DNA of 64,000 bases from Takakia lepidozioides (taxonomy: Eukaryota > Plantae > Bryophyta). Below, piece by piece: positions 27,501 to 39,236 of the stretch. The stretch's first letter is position 1. Every line of letters starts with the position of its first letter. The notes beneath the pieces were generated by a model. That model saw only the letters and a list, made by a program, of their open reading frames with translations. It did no database searches and was not told the origin of the DNA. The stretch spans positions 47,988,001-48,052,000 of the forward strand of contig CM060734.1 of assembly GCA_030704615.1 (NCBI GenBank). Direction: 5' to 3'. The position numbers were made by a program, and so were the translations under genes.

Positions 27501-28097
27501 ACTTGGCTTGTGTTGTATTTGAGCAGTGAGTGGTCAAAAAAACCGTTTGTGATGCCCTCTGACGAGACAGTTTTCACCATTCGATCCCTTCAAAAGAAGA
27601 AAGACCAAGAGGACTTTGAGAAGAATCTCCTACTATCAGTTGTGGACAAGACGACATTTGCTTCCCGCTCTGTGGCCATAGTGGGATCAGAGAGGCTAAA
27701 AAAGTGAGCCCAGCATACTGTAATTTACTTCTAACAAGTGTCTAGTTAGAGTTCGACACTAATCTAGCTTAAGGCTATACTTCCAATCATCCTTCCAAGT
27801 AAGGCACTTGCCTTACTCGAAAAGTTACATTATAGTAGCTCCTTTGGTAGCTTTATTTGAAATAAATCTTTGCACCGCCACTGAACTCTTAGTCTCTTTT
27901 GATTTTCCTTTGGTTCTAAGGCTTACTGTTGCTTGCATTAACTTTGTTACCGTTCTCGGTCTCTTGGGTCCTTTGACCTCCCATGGATATAATAAACTGC
28001 TTCTTTCTCTCTCTCTCTTGGCACGTTGTTTGGATCTTTCTCTAGGCTCCATTGGCCCTTTCTCAAGTGGTTGTAGTGGATTCTTCTTTTTCTTCTA

Positions 28098-28280
28098 TGA
28101 GGATCCGAAATGCTTGGCAGCTTACCTGCACAAGGCTTTCACCCTTAGACAATCCCTCGAGCAATAGTTAATTTATTTTTGGCTCTGGTTTTGTTTCCTC
28201 TCTCATGTATTTTTCCATTTTGTCCCATAAGATCTATGAGCTTTCCCCGGACGTTATATAGTACCATTTCATTTCATTTC
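28098..28280 (+). mobile_element. 5'-truncated LINE 3' end with a (CATTT)n tail
   Basis: EDPKCLAAYLHKAFTLRQSLEQ* plus 3' UTR, near-identical to 49298-49470. Confidence 0.8.
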
Positions 28281-30049
28281 TTCTTGCTGGTATGAAACCC
28301 TTTGGATCCCTTCTAAAACCTCTGACCTGCTTTCAGTCTTCATGGGAGCATCTAGCTTCAAATAAGATGACTCCAAAAGCATCGAGTTGAGAAAAAAATT
28401 TAGGGCGAATTCTGACACATCGGGTGTTATGTGGGACAATACATAGCAATTGAAAGAGCTGGAAAAAACGATGAAGGTCCTGCTTTTGGAGTTAAAACTG
28501 GCTCCCCCAATGCTTCAAACCTGTTTTTACTCACCGTGAAAAGGTGAGGTAATGTCCTGCTATATCTCACCTTGTTCTTACCCCTGTTCTAGTAGATAGC
28601 TTTGTGCAGGTTGGTGTGCTGTGGCCGTACTCTAGGTAGGTGGCCACGTGCTCAATTTCAAAAGAGAGTTGACACTTCATGGTCCTTGTTGCGGCGGGTG
28701 GAGGCATGGCCTAATAAACTTAGATGCCTAGCAGTTTCCACTCACCATGAGAAAAACTGTGAAATAGAATTGCTTGGTCAATCTATAAGTGAAAAATAAA
28801 GGTGCTCCCCACAGGGGCACATAGGGTTAGGAATCACTGTAACTGCTGTGAGCTTCAGCAGGCATCATCATCTTCTTCTTTCTCCTTCTAGAGCAGGCAA
28901 GGCCCCTGTAGGACCAATATTCAGTGCATTAGAACTAGTCATGCATTGTCAGCTACTTACAGATGGATTGTCCAAATGTGCGAGCAAATGATCCTTCTTA
29001 AAAGTTGATTATGTGCGCAGGAGAACTTACAAGAATTTGTGGCAAAGAAGAGGGAGATCTTTTTTGTTCAGATGAGCTTGGATACTAAGCGGGCTGAAAT
29101 TCGTAAGCTAGAGGAACGTATCTATCAACGTGAAGAGGTTCAACCCCCTTTTAACCCCTCCCCACTATCTCTTTTTCTTTTTGGTGATATGAGAAAGAAT
29201 CCCTATATTAGGCATTGTTACGCAAGAACTCACTTGATACATGAGAGGAACGAGTTTTACTTTGATTTTAATTTCCAATCTACTTTTGAAGTTTTGTTCT
29301 TAAAGCCCTTCCTGGTTTCTTGGAATGAATCATCTGCTTTACTGATCTTTTCAAACCGAGAGTACAGTTTATACAAAACTGCTCATTTAAGGAGAATATT
29401 GAAGAGAGTTTGTTTGGATGTGAAGTTGTTGTCGGTGTTTGTTATCCTGTGTGCAAGGGAACAGGCTCTACGGAAGAGTGAGGATATGCTGGTTTCTCCC
29501 TCGTGTATTCAGCGTTCTTCACTTAAGAATGAGTCTTACAAGGCATCCTCCAATGGTTTTTATACTGGCCATACATCTTCCCATGCTTAAGGCATCACAA
29601 TTTTCATATTTTAGTTTCAAGAGGTAAGTGCTTTTCCAGGAGGTGGACTGTGGAGTAATGACAAAAGCATGCTCGGTAGGCCCTTGTTTTGCACACAGTG
29701 AGTGCAAGATAGGCGATGTTTTATCAGGCTTGTCATATAGACTTTGATTTGTTAATGATTTTATTTTCAAATTGGGCTTCTTGTGCAGATTGGTCAATAT
29801 GAAACTCTAAGGAACCTTCAAAGTGTTGCTAAATACTTCTTGAATGTGAGAATATAACTCCAGTAGGTCTTGATGTCAAACAGATGCAAGAGAGCAGAAA
29901 AGAATACCAAACTCAAGCAAGACAAGGTCACCCCTCACCCCCTCATACAGGGATCTGATTGAGTTAATGTGGTATGATCATAGGAATATGTGAACCACAG
30001 AGTATCATGTGTAGATGCAATGGTTAGACTTCAAGGTCAGGTGGTAGGG

Positions 30050-33000
30050 TCAGCTGCAACGTATAACTAATACCAGATATCCTAAGCTTATTGACTCTAT
30101 ATCTTGAAGCAGGAGCGCCCTGTCAAACAGGCTACGTCCTGACAGAGGAGGGTAGAAGAGTTTTTCAAGCAAATATTGACCACAAAGAAGCTGATATCAT
30201 CTCATTAAAGACCTTGTAAAAGACCTGCTAGAAATTACCCTATACTAGTCGGGAGCTTAAGGGAGGAATGCCAAACTCACCCCAAACAGCCACATTAGCT
30301 GTTTTGGAGCATCCTGACATGCACTCCTTGAGCACCCCCACTTGAATGGATTCTAGAGACTTAGCCTGGTTGGAATATCAACCCACACAGCAGATGCGTA
30401 CTCCACGGTAGACCTGATAACGCGGCAAAGCATGGTATTTTCTCACTTCAGAGTTTATCCTTCTGCAGTGGAAAAATTTAGTGAGACTCAACGCTTGCCA
30501 GATGGAATCACTTTCTGTATATGCGCTTCCCAATGACAGTTGGAGGAAAACTCAACGCCAAGGTATGTGTAGGAAGGGAGGACATGAATCTCTTGGCTTC
30601 CCCACTGCCACTTGAGTCCTCCCTCCCCACAGTCGTTGAATGCCACCACTGCGCATTTACTGACATTAGCCTCCAAAGGTCAAAGTATCTCTTCGCGCAA
30701 TCAATCAACTCCTGAAGATTGGATGGAGTCTCCCCTATGCCTGCGAAGTCATCCGCAAACATAAGGGCTGATATGGTTGCATCACTAGCCTTAACCCAAA
30801 TCCTTCACTTTCCACATCCTCGAGGAGTTGATTGATGGAAACATTGAAGAGCAGAGGGGAGAGGGTACATCCTTGAGCGTCAAAGAAGTTAGACTTCTGT
30901 CCATTAACAGTGACACAGCTTGTTGGTGTGAGCATACAAGTTATGGACCACTCTCTACATCTTTCCCGTGATCCCAGATGACCAGAGTCGGAGCCATAGA
31001 CCTTCTCCCCACATTGTGTCATAAGCCTTTTTGACAACCTGCAAGAAAAAGACAAAAGTGGGTATCCCTTCTTTTTTCCTCCCTGGATAATCTGGCTTAG
31101 AGTGAAGATATGATCCACACCGCCCCTGTTTCCCGAAAGCCAGCTTGGCCTTCATGGAAACAACCTCTAGACGCCAGATCAACCTTGAGACGAGTACTTA
31201 TAACTCTGCAAAATCTCTTGCCAACTGCATTGAGAAGCGTGATGCCTCGATAGTTCCCCGGCTCTTCTCTGTCACCTTTCTTGTATAGATTGACAATGAC
31301 CCCCTGTCGCCAGCGAAAGGGGATCATTTCAGTCCTCCAGATAAGGTTAAATAGAAGTACAAGGCCCTCTATCATGGGGTCGCCACCATGCTTGATAAGC
31401 TCGTTGACTATGCCATCAGATCCACCAGCTTTATATCCGTGTAAATGCTCAATTGGTTCCACAATCTCTGAAGAACTAATGGGAGCCTTGTAACCTATTG
31501 AGATACTACAGTTCATCAGGGCTGTCTTGAATAATAGGAACAGTTTTTTCAACTGTGTCCTTCCATTCTTCAGAAAGACCCCTCACTGTTAGACCTAGAA
31601 TTTCTGCCAAGGATACTGTAATGAGTCTCAAAGGTTTGGACAATGTCAACCGTTGAAGTCACCACTGCACCTTTAGTAGTCCTCAGCGCTTGCACTTGCT
31701 GACAATTTTTCAGCTTGTACAGACTACAGACGTTGAAGGGCCAACCAGAATCTCTTGTCATTGCCACCATGGTAGTTTGAGTTTATTTCACTGTATAACT
31801 TGTCCCAATGTAATTTCTTCGGAGACCTTACAAGCTGATTGATCTGGTAGTACCTAGCCCACAATTCTTTGTTGACTTTCAAATTGCAACACTCTTTATA
31901 GAGGACTCGTCTCTCCGCTATCTTGAGTTTGATCTCATTGGTCTACCAATTAACAGCTCTGCCACAGACAATTAGTTTCCTCCCAATGATCTTGTTAGCC
32001 ACAGAGAAGACAAAACTCTCCCAAGAATCCACCGCTCTTTTGACTTCATTTCTTGCATTGCCAAAGTGAGACTGAAGATCTTGGAGCGAATAGACTAAGT
32101 GAGGTAGAGCCTCTTGCAAGGCCTGGACATACACACCTTGACCTCTTCATTTTGGAAGTTTTCTATGTTGCGCCACTTCCGAGTCTATTTCATGGATCTC
32201 TTGGTGTTGGTGAAACACCTTTTGATCTCAGTCCAAACCCGGAAGTGGTCAGAGGTACCAATATCAGTTCTGTCGATCAACACATTGGCACTCCAGGGAA
32301 ACAAATACTAGTTCACTATGATATAATCCACAATGGATCGTTCGTCAGTTTGGGCTTTCTCACGAGTCCACTGCACTAGGTCTCTTTTTGACATATTATT
32401 CAAGGTCAAAAGCTGATGTTCTTCCAGACAGTTTATTAACGGTCTTCCATTAGAATTCAGCATCCTCATCAAAAGACCCAATGGTATCATCCTGATGAAG
32501 ACCTTTACCCACTCGGGCATTGAAGTCACCCACCTGACCTTTGGTTAGGAACTTAGCACAGTCCAGCTTTACGTCTTCGAAGGCTGTCAGCAGTAAGGGT
32601 CCCCTCTGGGGGCATGTAAACACAACCCACAAATAGGTCCTTCCTACTCACGCTGCCCTTCAATTTTAGTTTCAGCCAGATACTGTGCTCATACTGCAAA
32701 CCCTTGTTGATAATTTCACAATTATCACACAAAGAAGGCATGGAAAATGAAGCCAAAACCTTTTTGACCATGCTTGGCAGAGGCTGCCGTAAGTGCACAC
32801 ATCTTACCATACCATTTGCTTGAAGAACTTGTCCCACTTCAGATTGTTTCCTTTGGTTAGTCAGCCCCGAGAAGTTAAAAGTGCCCAGCCGCAAGCCAGC
32901 CCTTCGCATATGGATTGGTTGCCGTCTAGGTAACCTATGATTGCTCCTGGATGGCCAACCGATCTACAAGGTGGGGTCAATTCCCTTGTGTGGAGATTTT

Positions 33001-33500
33001 GCTCGTCTTGTGTAAAAAGGATTTGCAACCATTCAGAGTACCATATCCTTCAGTCACACGACGCTCAGACTCAGCACATGTAGGGCCAGCTAGTCTGTCC
33101 GCCTGCTTCGTATCAACGTCATCCAGGGCATCAAACCGGTTAGAAAGTTTCAAGTTAATGTCCCCACCCGTGGTTGTCTTCCTAGAGCGCCTCATTGACC
33201 CACCAATATCTAAGACCGCTCTCCAGCCAGTCAAGGGAGGAACTTCTTTGAAATTGATTTGATGTGAGACTCTATTTGTAGCATTTTAGACATTGAAACC
33301 TTCAAAGTACCTTTGTTATCAAGTCTCGAGATGGAGCCATTAGCCACATAATCCAAGCCTAAGCTGGAGCCGGTAGTCTTAAAGGACACGTCGTTTATCC
33401 TGGGATTCACCCCAAAATCTACACAAGAAGCCCTAGATTTGGCATATGTAACCATTTCCCATGAATCACCCTCGGGAGTGTTGTTATCGTCATGGCAAAT
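30050..33500 (-). mobile_element. Degenerate non-LTR retrotransposon (APE endonuclease + RT) in a CFAP100 intron
   Basis: EN motifs GTFNFSGL, GDFNARVG, IVDYII, SDH. RT motifs KAGGSDGI, PGNYRGITLL, QAGFR, QGCTLSPLLFN, FADD, YTYLGV. Many frameshifts. Confidence 0.9.
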
Positions 33501-33983
33501 TAAATTGATAAAATTTGCAGGCTATAAGTTTAAGCACAAGGACCAACCCTAGTGCCAAGCATGCTAGACAGAGCATACAACTGCCCATTTTGGGCGGAGG
33601 GGCAAGCGGTAGGGGTCCGTGTGGTACGACTCAGAGATCACACTCTAAAGGAGTGGCAGAGAATGGAGGGAGAGGCCCCGCCCTCTCCAACTAAGTCCAA
33701 TGTACTACCTTACCCGGAGCATAGTGCTTCAGGTCAAAACAAAGAAAGACATGAGGTCACAAGGCCGGCATTTAGTCAGAGACATTTACCTACTTCCATA
33801 TCAAGTCCACCTAATCGCAATAGGCCTCCTGGAAGTAGGGAGATTAGAGAGGGGGGAGGGGAAGACATGCCACTTGGGTTCCCTATATGGTAGAAGTATC
33901 AGGACGACTTGGATACAGCCAAAAATAATAGTTTTTTGCACAACTTATTGACTGTCAAATTTTGTAGGTTTTGGAGATAAAGA

Positions 33984-34073
33984 GAGAGAGAAAAGACTCC
34001 GGCCGAAGCCGGCGTAACTAAGAGCCACTTCACCTTTCGGCTACTGCCCCCTTTCGGGGGTGGGCCCTATAAA
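33984..34073 (-). mobile_element. 90-bp highly structured retroposed insert in a CFAP100 exon
   Basis: Flanked by a perfect 13-bp TSD ttggagataaaga (33971-33983, 34074-34086). (TC)n tail on the minus strand and three stable tetraloop hairpins. Confidence 0.8.
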
Positions 34074-37015
34074 TTGGAGATAAAGAAGCTCAATGCAGAG
34101 ACCGTGATTGTCAAAGCTGAATTATCCAAGGTTTTCTTCTCTTCTCATGTCCACCCTTGTTGAGGAGTCTCAGAAGAAGTGGCAGAAGCTAAAGGGAAGT
34201 GGAAAACTTTGGAGACCATATATATTTTGTCGGATTAGACTCAATCACGGTTCTGTATGTGTTTCTCTCTGGCCCTTACATGGTGAACTGCTAGATCTAC
34301 CAAGATAACCTTCTCTTCATATCCTTGTAAGTTAGAGTCAACAAATTTCATCGACTTATTGTGCAATGAGGGTACACTGAAAATGTTCTAAGCATTACTT
34401 GCTGTATATTTTCCTTACCTACAAGCTGCAAAGCGTGGATGATAGTAACCAACCTAAATCTCAGTCGTGGGGAGTCTTGGGACTCACCACGGTCCATTGG
34501 GGCTATGGTGGGTGGGCCAAGACTTACCGCGACTCATCACAGGGACAGTCGAGGGTCTAAGTGGTGGTGCACCAGATTTGGACTTGTCTACTTGTGGAAT
34601 CCATGAGACCAATTCAATGGAACTGCGATTGCAGACCTTCCCTCAACCACTCCGCTGTCTCTTTGTTTATGGGATTACGCAAGTGCAACCCATCAATCCA
34701 ACCCTTGCTAAAGACTTCTTTCCAGCTCGAAGCTCTCGTGGTTGCTGTCAATCTCTGGACCAATGTCCCACGAAACAGAATGTATGCCACAGCATTCAAA
34801 TCAGAAAATGATCTCTCCATGTTCCGAACGTAGTTTTCCTCGATTAACTTCTCCAAATCCCATCTCCCTCCGATCTCATCCAACATCTTTCAGACCTACC
34901 TAGAAGCTCGCCTCTGGACAACTTCCATCTTCTGCAAGAAACAAAATGAAGATGCAAGCGGGAATTAACTGGTCTACCAATGGTGCCCAAATACTTCTTC
35001 CAAAGCTTTCCAACCAGGCCGTCTCTCAGCTCTACACTTATCCTTCAAACCCCCAGAGTTTTACCACTGGTACCGCAGCGGTGCCATCTCTTTCTGAGGC
35101 ATCACTTCGTCAGGTGTTCTCTATAGAGATAGTTCCTCCATTGAATGAGCACATTGCTCAGTACTTGAATACATTGGAAATTCCTCTAGGATTGAATCGA
35201 CATGCGCGACGAAGGCTTCGATAGCGCAACATGAAGTTTGCTCTTATGGGAGGGCAACTTTATAGAAGAGAGGGACAGTAGGCTTGATGGCTCAAGTTTT
35301 TCTTCAGCGCTCACACATCCTCTCCAATACCGAAGTGTGCATTCAGTCATTGAACACGATCTTGCAAGAAGATGGTGCCAGCCTGATGAGACCAAGTTAT
35401 CTCCTGACATCTAATTATCAGGATATTATGAAGGAAGATATTGAGAGCCCACAGCCTCCGATGAGGTCTGCAGCACCAGTAGTTATACTGGCCGTGAACC
35501 TCATTCTTTTCTTTCTGCAACAATATCTACTTTACACTAGAAAAAATCGTTGCAGGCTCAACCTTAGACTGGAGATTTGCGACTTTGTATCCAGTAGTGA
35601 GTGGGATATGGGTGAGAGAACTCTAGGGCGAACTAAGGAGATGCTAGATACAGAAGAAGAGGAAGAGGAGGTTACATTCTTTGAACATCCTCATCAGGTC
35701 TTTAGCTGAAAATCACAATCACTTATTTTTCTTTTTTCATGCACCCTACTCTTTATTGTGTTGAAGGTCATGCCTCAAGATAAAGCTCTTATTCACAAAA
35801 GTGTCATGGTGACTAGGTAAAACCTCTCTCCATACTAGGTTTGTTCATCACCCTCTGATTTGGTAGTTAGACAGAGGAAACCAATTGACAAATCTACCGC
35901 TCCCCTGAACATCATTTGTCTGATGAAGTTCTTAGTTCATGAGGAAAGCATAACATAGAAAGAGAGAGGAGATCAAGATTCTTTTGGGTTGTCCACAGGA
36001 ATCTGTGGAATAGGGCAGAACTACAAGAGAATACTACAAGATGTGTCAAGAAAACCATGTCTGAGGCTTGAAGATGGGGTGCCTCAAGTAGGCAACCTGC
36101 TAAAACACTTCAGGTCCTCATAACTGATAGCTTATTTTCTCTTTTGAAGAAAATGATTCATAACATATTTGTCGTACTCTTCTTTTCAGGAGGGAGAGAC
36201 TGACAGTGTGTGAGAAAACATGTATTGTTGTTCTTTGAACGGCTAACGGAAGGAAAGAATTGTCGGGAGGGCTGGGGGTGAATGTCAATAGTTGCAAGCT
36301 GGAGATATACAGTGATATAGAGGTGGCAAACCTGGCGCTGATGCAACAAAGCCAGGATGTAGAGGGCTTCCTTGAGAATCTAAAGACTAAACTGCGAGAC
36401 ACTCGTGAGACCAATGATGCCAAAATTGCACGCTTACGCTCCCAGCTTGCGGCAAGAACCCCAGTCTATTCTGACCCTCATCGCTTATTTCTTCTGAATG
36501 AGCCAATACCATTTCACCTTTATTCCTAGCAAACAACTAAGTGAAGAAGTGTGGCATGAGGTTTTTCCTCATCAGCAAACTTCAGCTTTGCATGGCTTCT
36601 TTTATTTGTTTGCAAGAAAATTTCCCTGGTAGAACTAAACCTCCAGCAGTCATTGTTGTTCAAAATTTACCAGTGATTTCAACCACCATTAAGGTCCATT
36701 TCTGCAGTGACAGATCTAGTCTATTATTGATTTTGTTCTGGTCAAAATACGTCAGTATGTACACCTGATTGTACTTAGCCCTGGGAGATAGGGAGGGAAA
36801 GCTGGATAACTTGGGACGTATTTGCAAATAAACTCTATATTAATGTTGGCCAGTTGCCTATCAGGTGCTCAAACTACAAGTGAAGACTGAAGAAGAGAAA
36901 CAGGTCATGCTCCGAACTAAAACCAATATGAATGTGGCAGAGAAAAAACATGAGATTTCATTTGAGGAATTGGCTGAAAAAGTGTTGGCCACATATTTGA
37001 AGTGTTGTAGTGTGA

Positions 37016-39214
37016 AAAGAAGGGGCGTGAATCCCCTTCTGTATAATTCCAATTGTGCTCCCCTCCATTTGATTGTTTGCGGAGTAAGAGGAAAGAAGCG
37101 TTCTTTCTAATCTGTCCAACTGTCGTCCCTTGGCTGTGGGTTTCCCTCAGCTCCTCCGTGATCAGAGTTCAATGCGATCCTCATCCACGCCGCAGCGGAA
37201 GGGAAGACATAGATGAGGATGTCAGTTTGTTGTTCTCTCTTGGTTCTACCTTTCACCCAACATCCCCTATCAGCAGGTACAGCACCAGCTAGGCTGGTGC
37301 GATGTATTCAGTGATGCAAATCAGCCCAATTGGCAGCGGTAAACACGATCCTTTATGTGAAGCCCACTTGAGCAGTGACAGGTCGGAAATCCCCTTTTTG
37401 TAGTGGTGACACAGATCTAGGAGGAGGCAGCTCAGATCTTCATGGTCTGCAGGGGCACTGGTTTCTTTCAGGTTTTCTTCATCTCATCTCCCCAAATTGG
37501 CCAAACCCCCCCCCCCAACAGCCCCTTAGAATCTGCAGCTCTCTCCTTGCCCAAATCCCATTTTCACTCTCCTCTCTCTCTCTCTTTCTTTTCCCTTTTT
37601 GTCTGTTTCGCTATCTGGTTTATGTCCCCAGGTTCCCCACTATTTCACAGCAGCAGATCTGTCATGTAATGTGAATGCACACGCTGCTAGGCATCCAGTG
37701 CAGCCAGCCTTGAGGTCATCCTTGGTCTCTCAAGACACAACCATCCCATCCATTTGTCTCTCTCTCTTTTTCTCTCTCTTGTCCCCCCTTTCAATGACCC
37801 ATCGCTCAAACAGCTCTCATCCTTTTTCTTTGTCAGACTTCAACCCAAATACCCCAACACCCCTCTTTTCCCTTCAACTGTGGAACGCAGTTGTTCAGAT
37901 CCTGATCCCATAGTGAAATCACCTTATCCTTTCCATGTTTTTCTTTTTCCAACTCCAGCTAACTATCATTGATCTCTCTCAAACAAACAAGCAAGATCTA
38001 CATTGGTTCCAGGTTATCACTACACCCGGCAGCATGGTGTCCAGGTTTATGATACTGAATCAAATGCAAGAATGAAGACAACAGTGACCATTCTGAATTC
38101 AGTGACGAGCAGGCTCTCTCTTTCTCTCTCTCTTCAGTTATTTCTCTCACTGTCATCACAGCATCAGGTGCATCCATCCTTTCCACGTTCTGGTCTGAAG
38201 TCCAGAGTCTCCATTCCCATTTCAAAAACTTTTTCTTGTCACATCTCTACCTTCTTTCTTCTGCCAAGATGGCAGTCCTAAATCTACCAAAGCAAGTTCT
38301 AAGTCCTACCAAAAAGAAGCCACTGTTCATCGACTTATCTGTTTTTATCCACTAGTGAAGCGGCGGGTCTGCCTGTCAAGGTGGCACCTTGCCATCGCCC
38401 GTCAACAGCCACTTCAACCCATTCTCTTTGTCTTGATTCCAGACCTTATGACGCCATGATGGCTCCCCTTCTTCACTTGGACCATCCTGTGGCCTGTCAA
38501 CCAGATTACACTATGCAATTCTTCCTCTCGAATTGGCCCGGTCCTATAACAAGGAGACACAAAGCAGCTAGAAGCTTAATGACAGAGAACCTGAGATACC
38601 ATGTAGCCAGAACTCCACATGCTTTACCTCCCCCCCATTGATTGTGCCCAGACCCTCTTTCCTGTGCTTTCAGCAGCTGGCCTTTTCCTTGCTTGCTCAC
38701 ATGCCCATAACTATCATCTTCAAGGCACTGGCGGCAGTGGTGGTGCGCCGCTTTCCTTAGATGCTTCTATCTCTTGGAATTGATCATTACTACGAGAGAG
38801 GCGGCACCGCTTCTTTCTACACAGAATACCAAGCAGAGGCCTCTTAATGCCGCTTCCTAAGCCAAGCAAGATCCCACCGCGCAGGTATACCTCCTAACAC
38901 AGGCTGCCCTGCCGACACCACTGCTTGCTACAGCCGCTACGAGTCATCCGTCATCTTCCTCTTCGTTTCTCTCAACCCGTGATCTTTTAGGTCAAGAACC
39001 AGTGATGAAAAACGTTCATCGCATGGATGAAAATGTGTACTGTCATGACTTAGCCATTTTCTCCTGGCAAAGCATAAGTTGAGTGTGCTCATGAAATTAC
39101 CTATATGAAGGGATACATCCTTTCTGCATTTTGGGATGACGGGCACTTCGTCATAGTGATGTAGGTCGTAATGGTATACATATGTAATGTTCTGTTCCCT
39201 GCATTCACACTACA
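37016..39214 (-). repeat. 3' LTR core (segment B) of Gypsy element 1
   Basis: Direct repeat of 45804-48001; the differences I could see are a few changes in homopolymer runs. Confidence 0.95.
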
Positions 39215-39225
39215 TATGTAGTGTG

Positions 39226-39236
39226 TCTCCCTTTTT
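39226..39236 (-). promoter_or_regulatory. Polypurine tract aaaaagggaga
   Basis: Purine run overlapping the pol stop codon, just upstream of the 3' repeat. Confidence 0.85.

Noticed and set aside
37053-39146. Many short ORFs duplicated at 45.8-47.9 kb
   Set aside because: They lie in the LTR, are low-complexity and have no recognisable domains.
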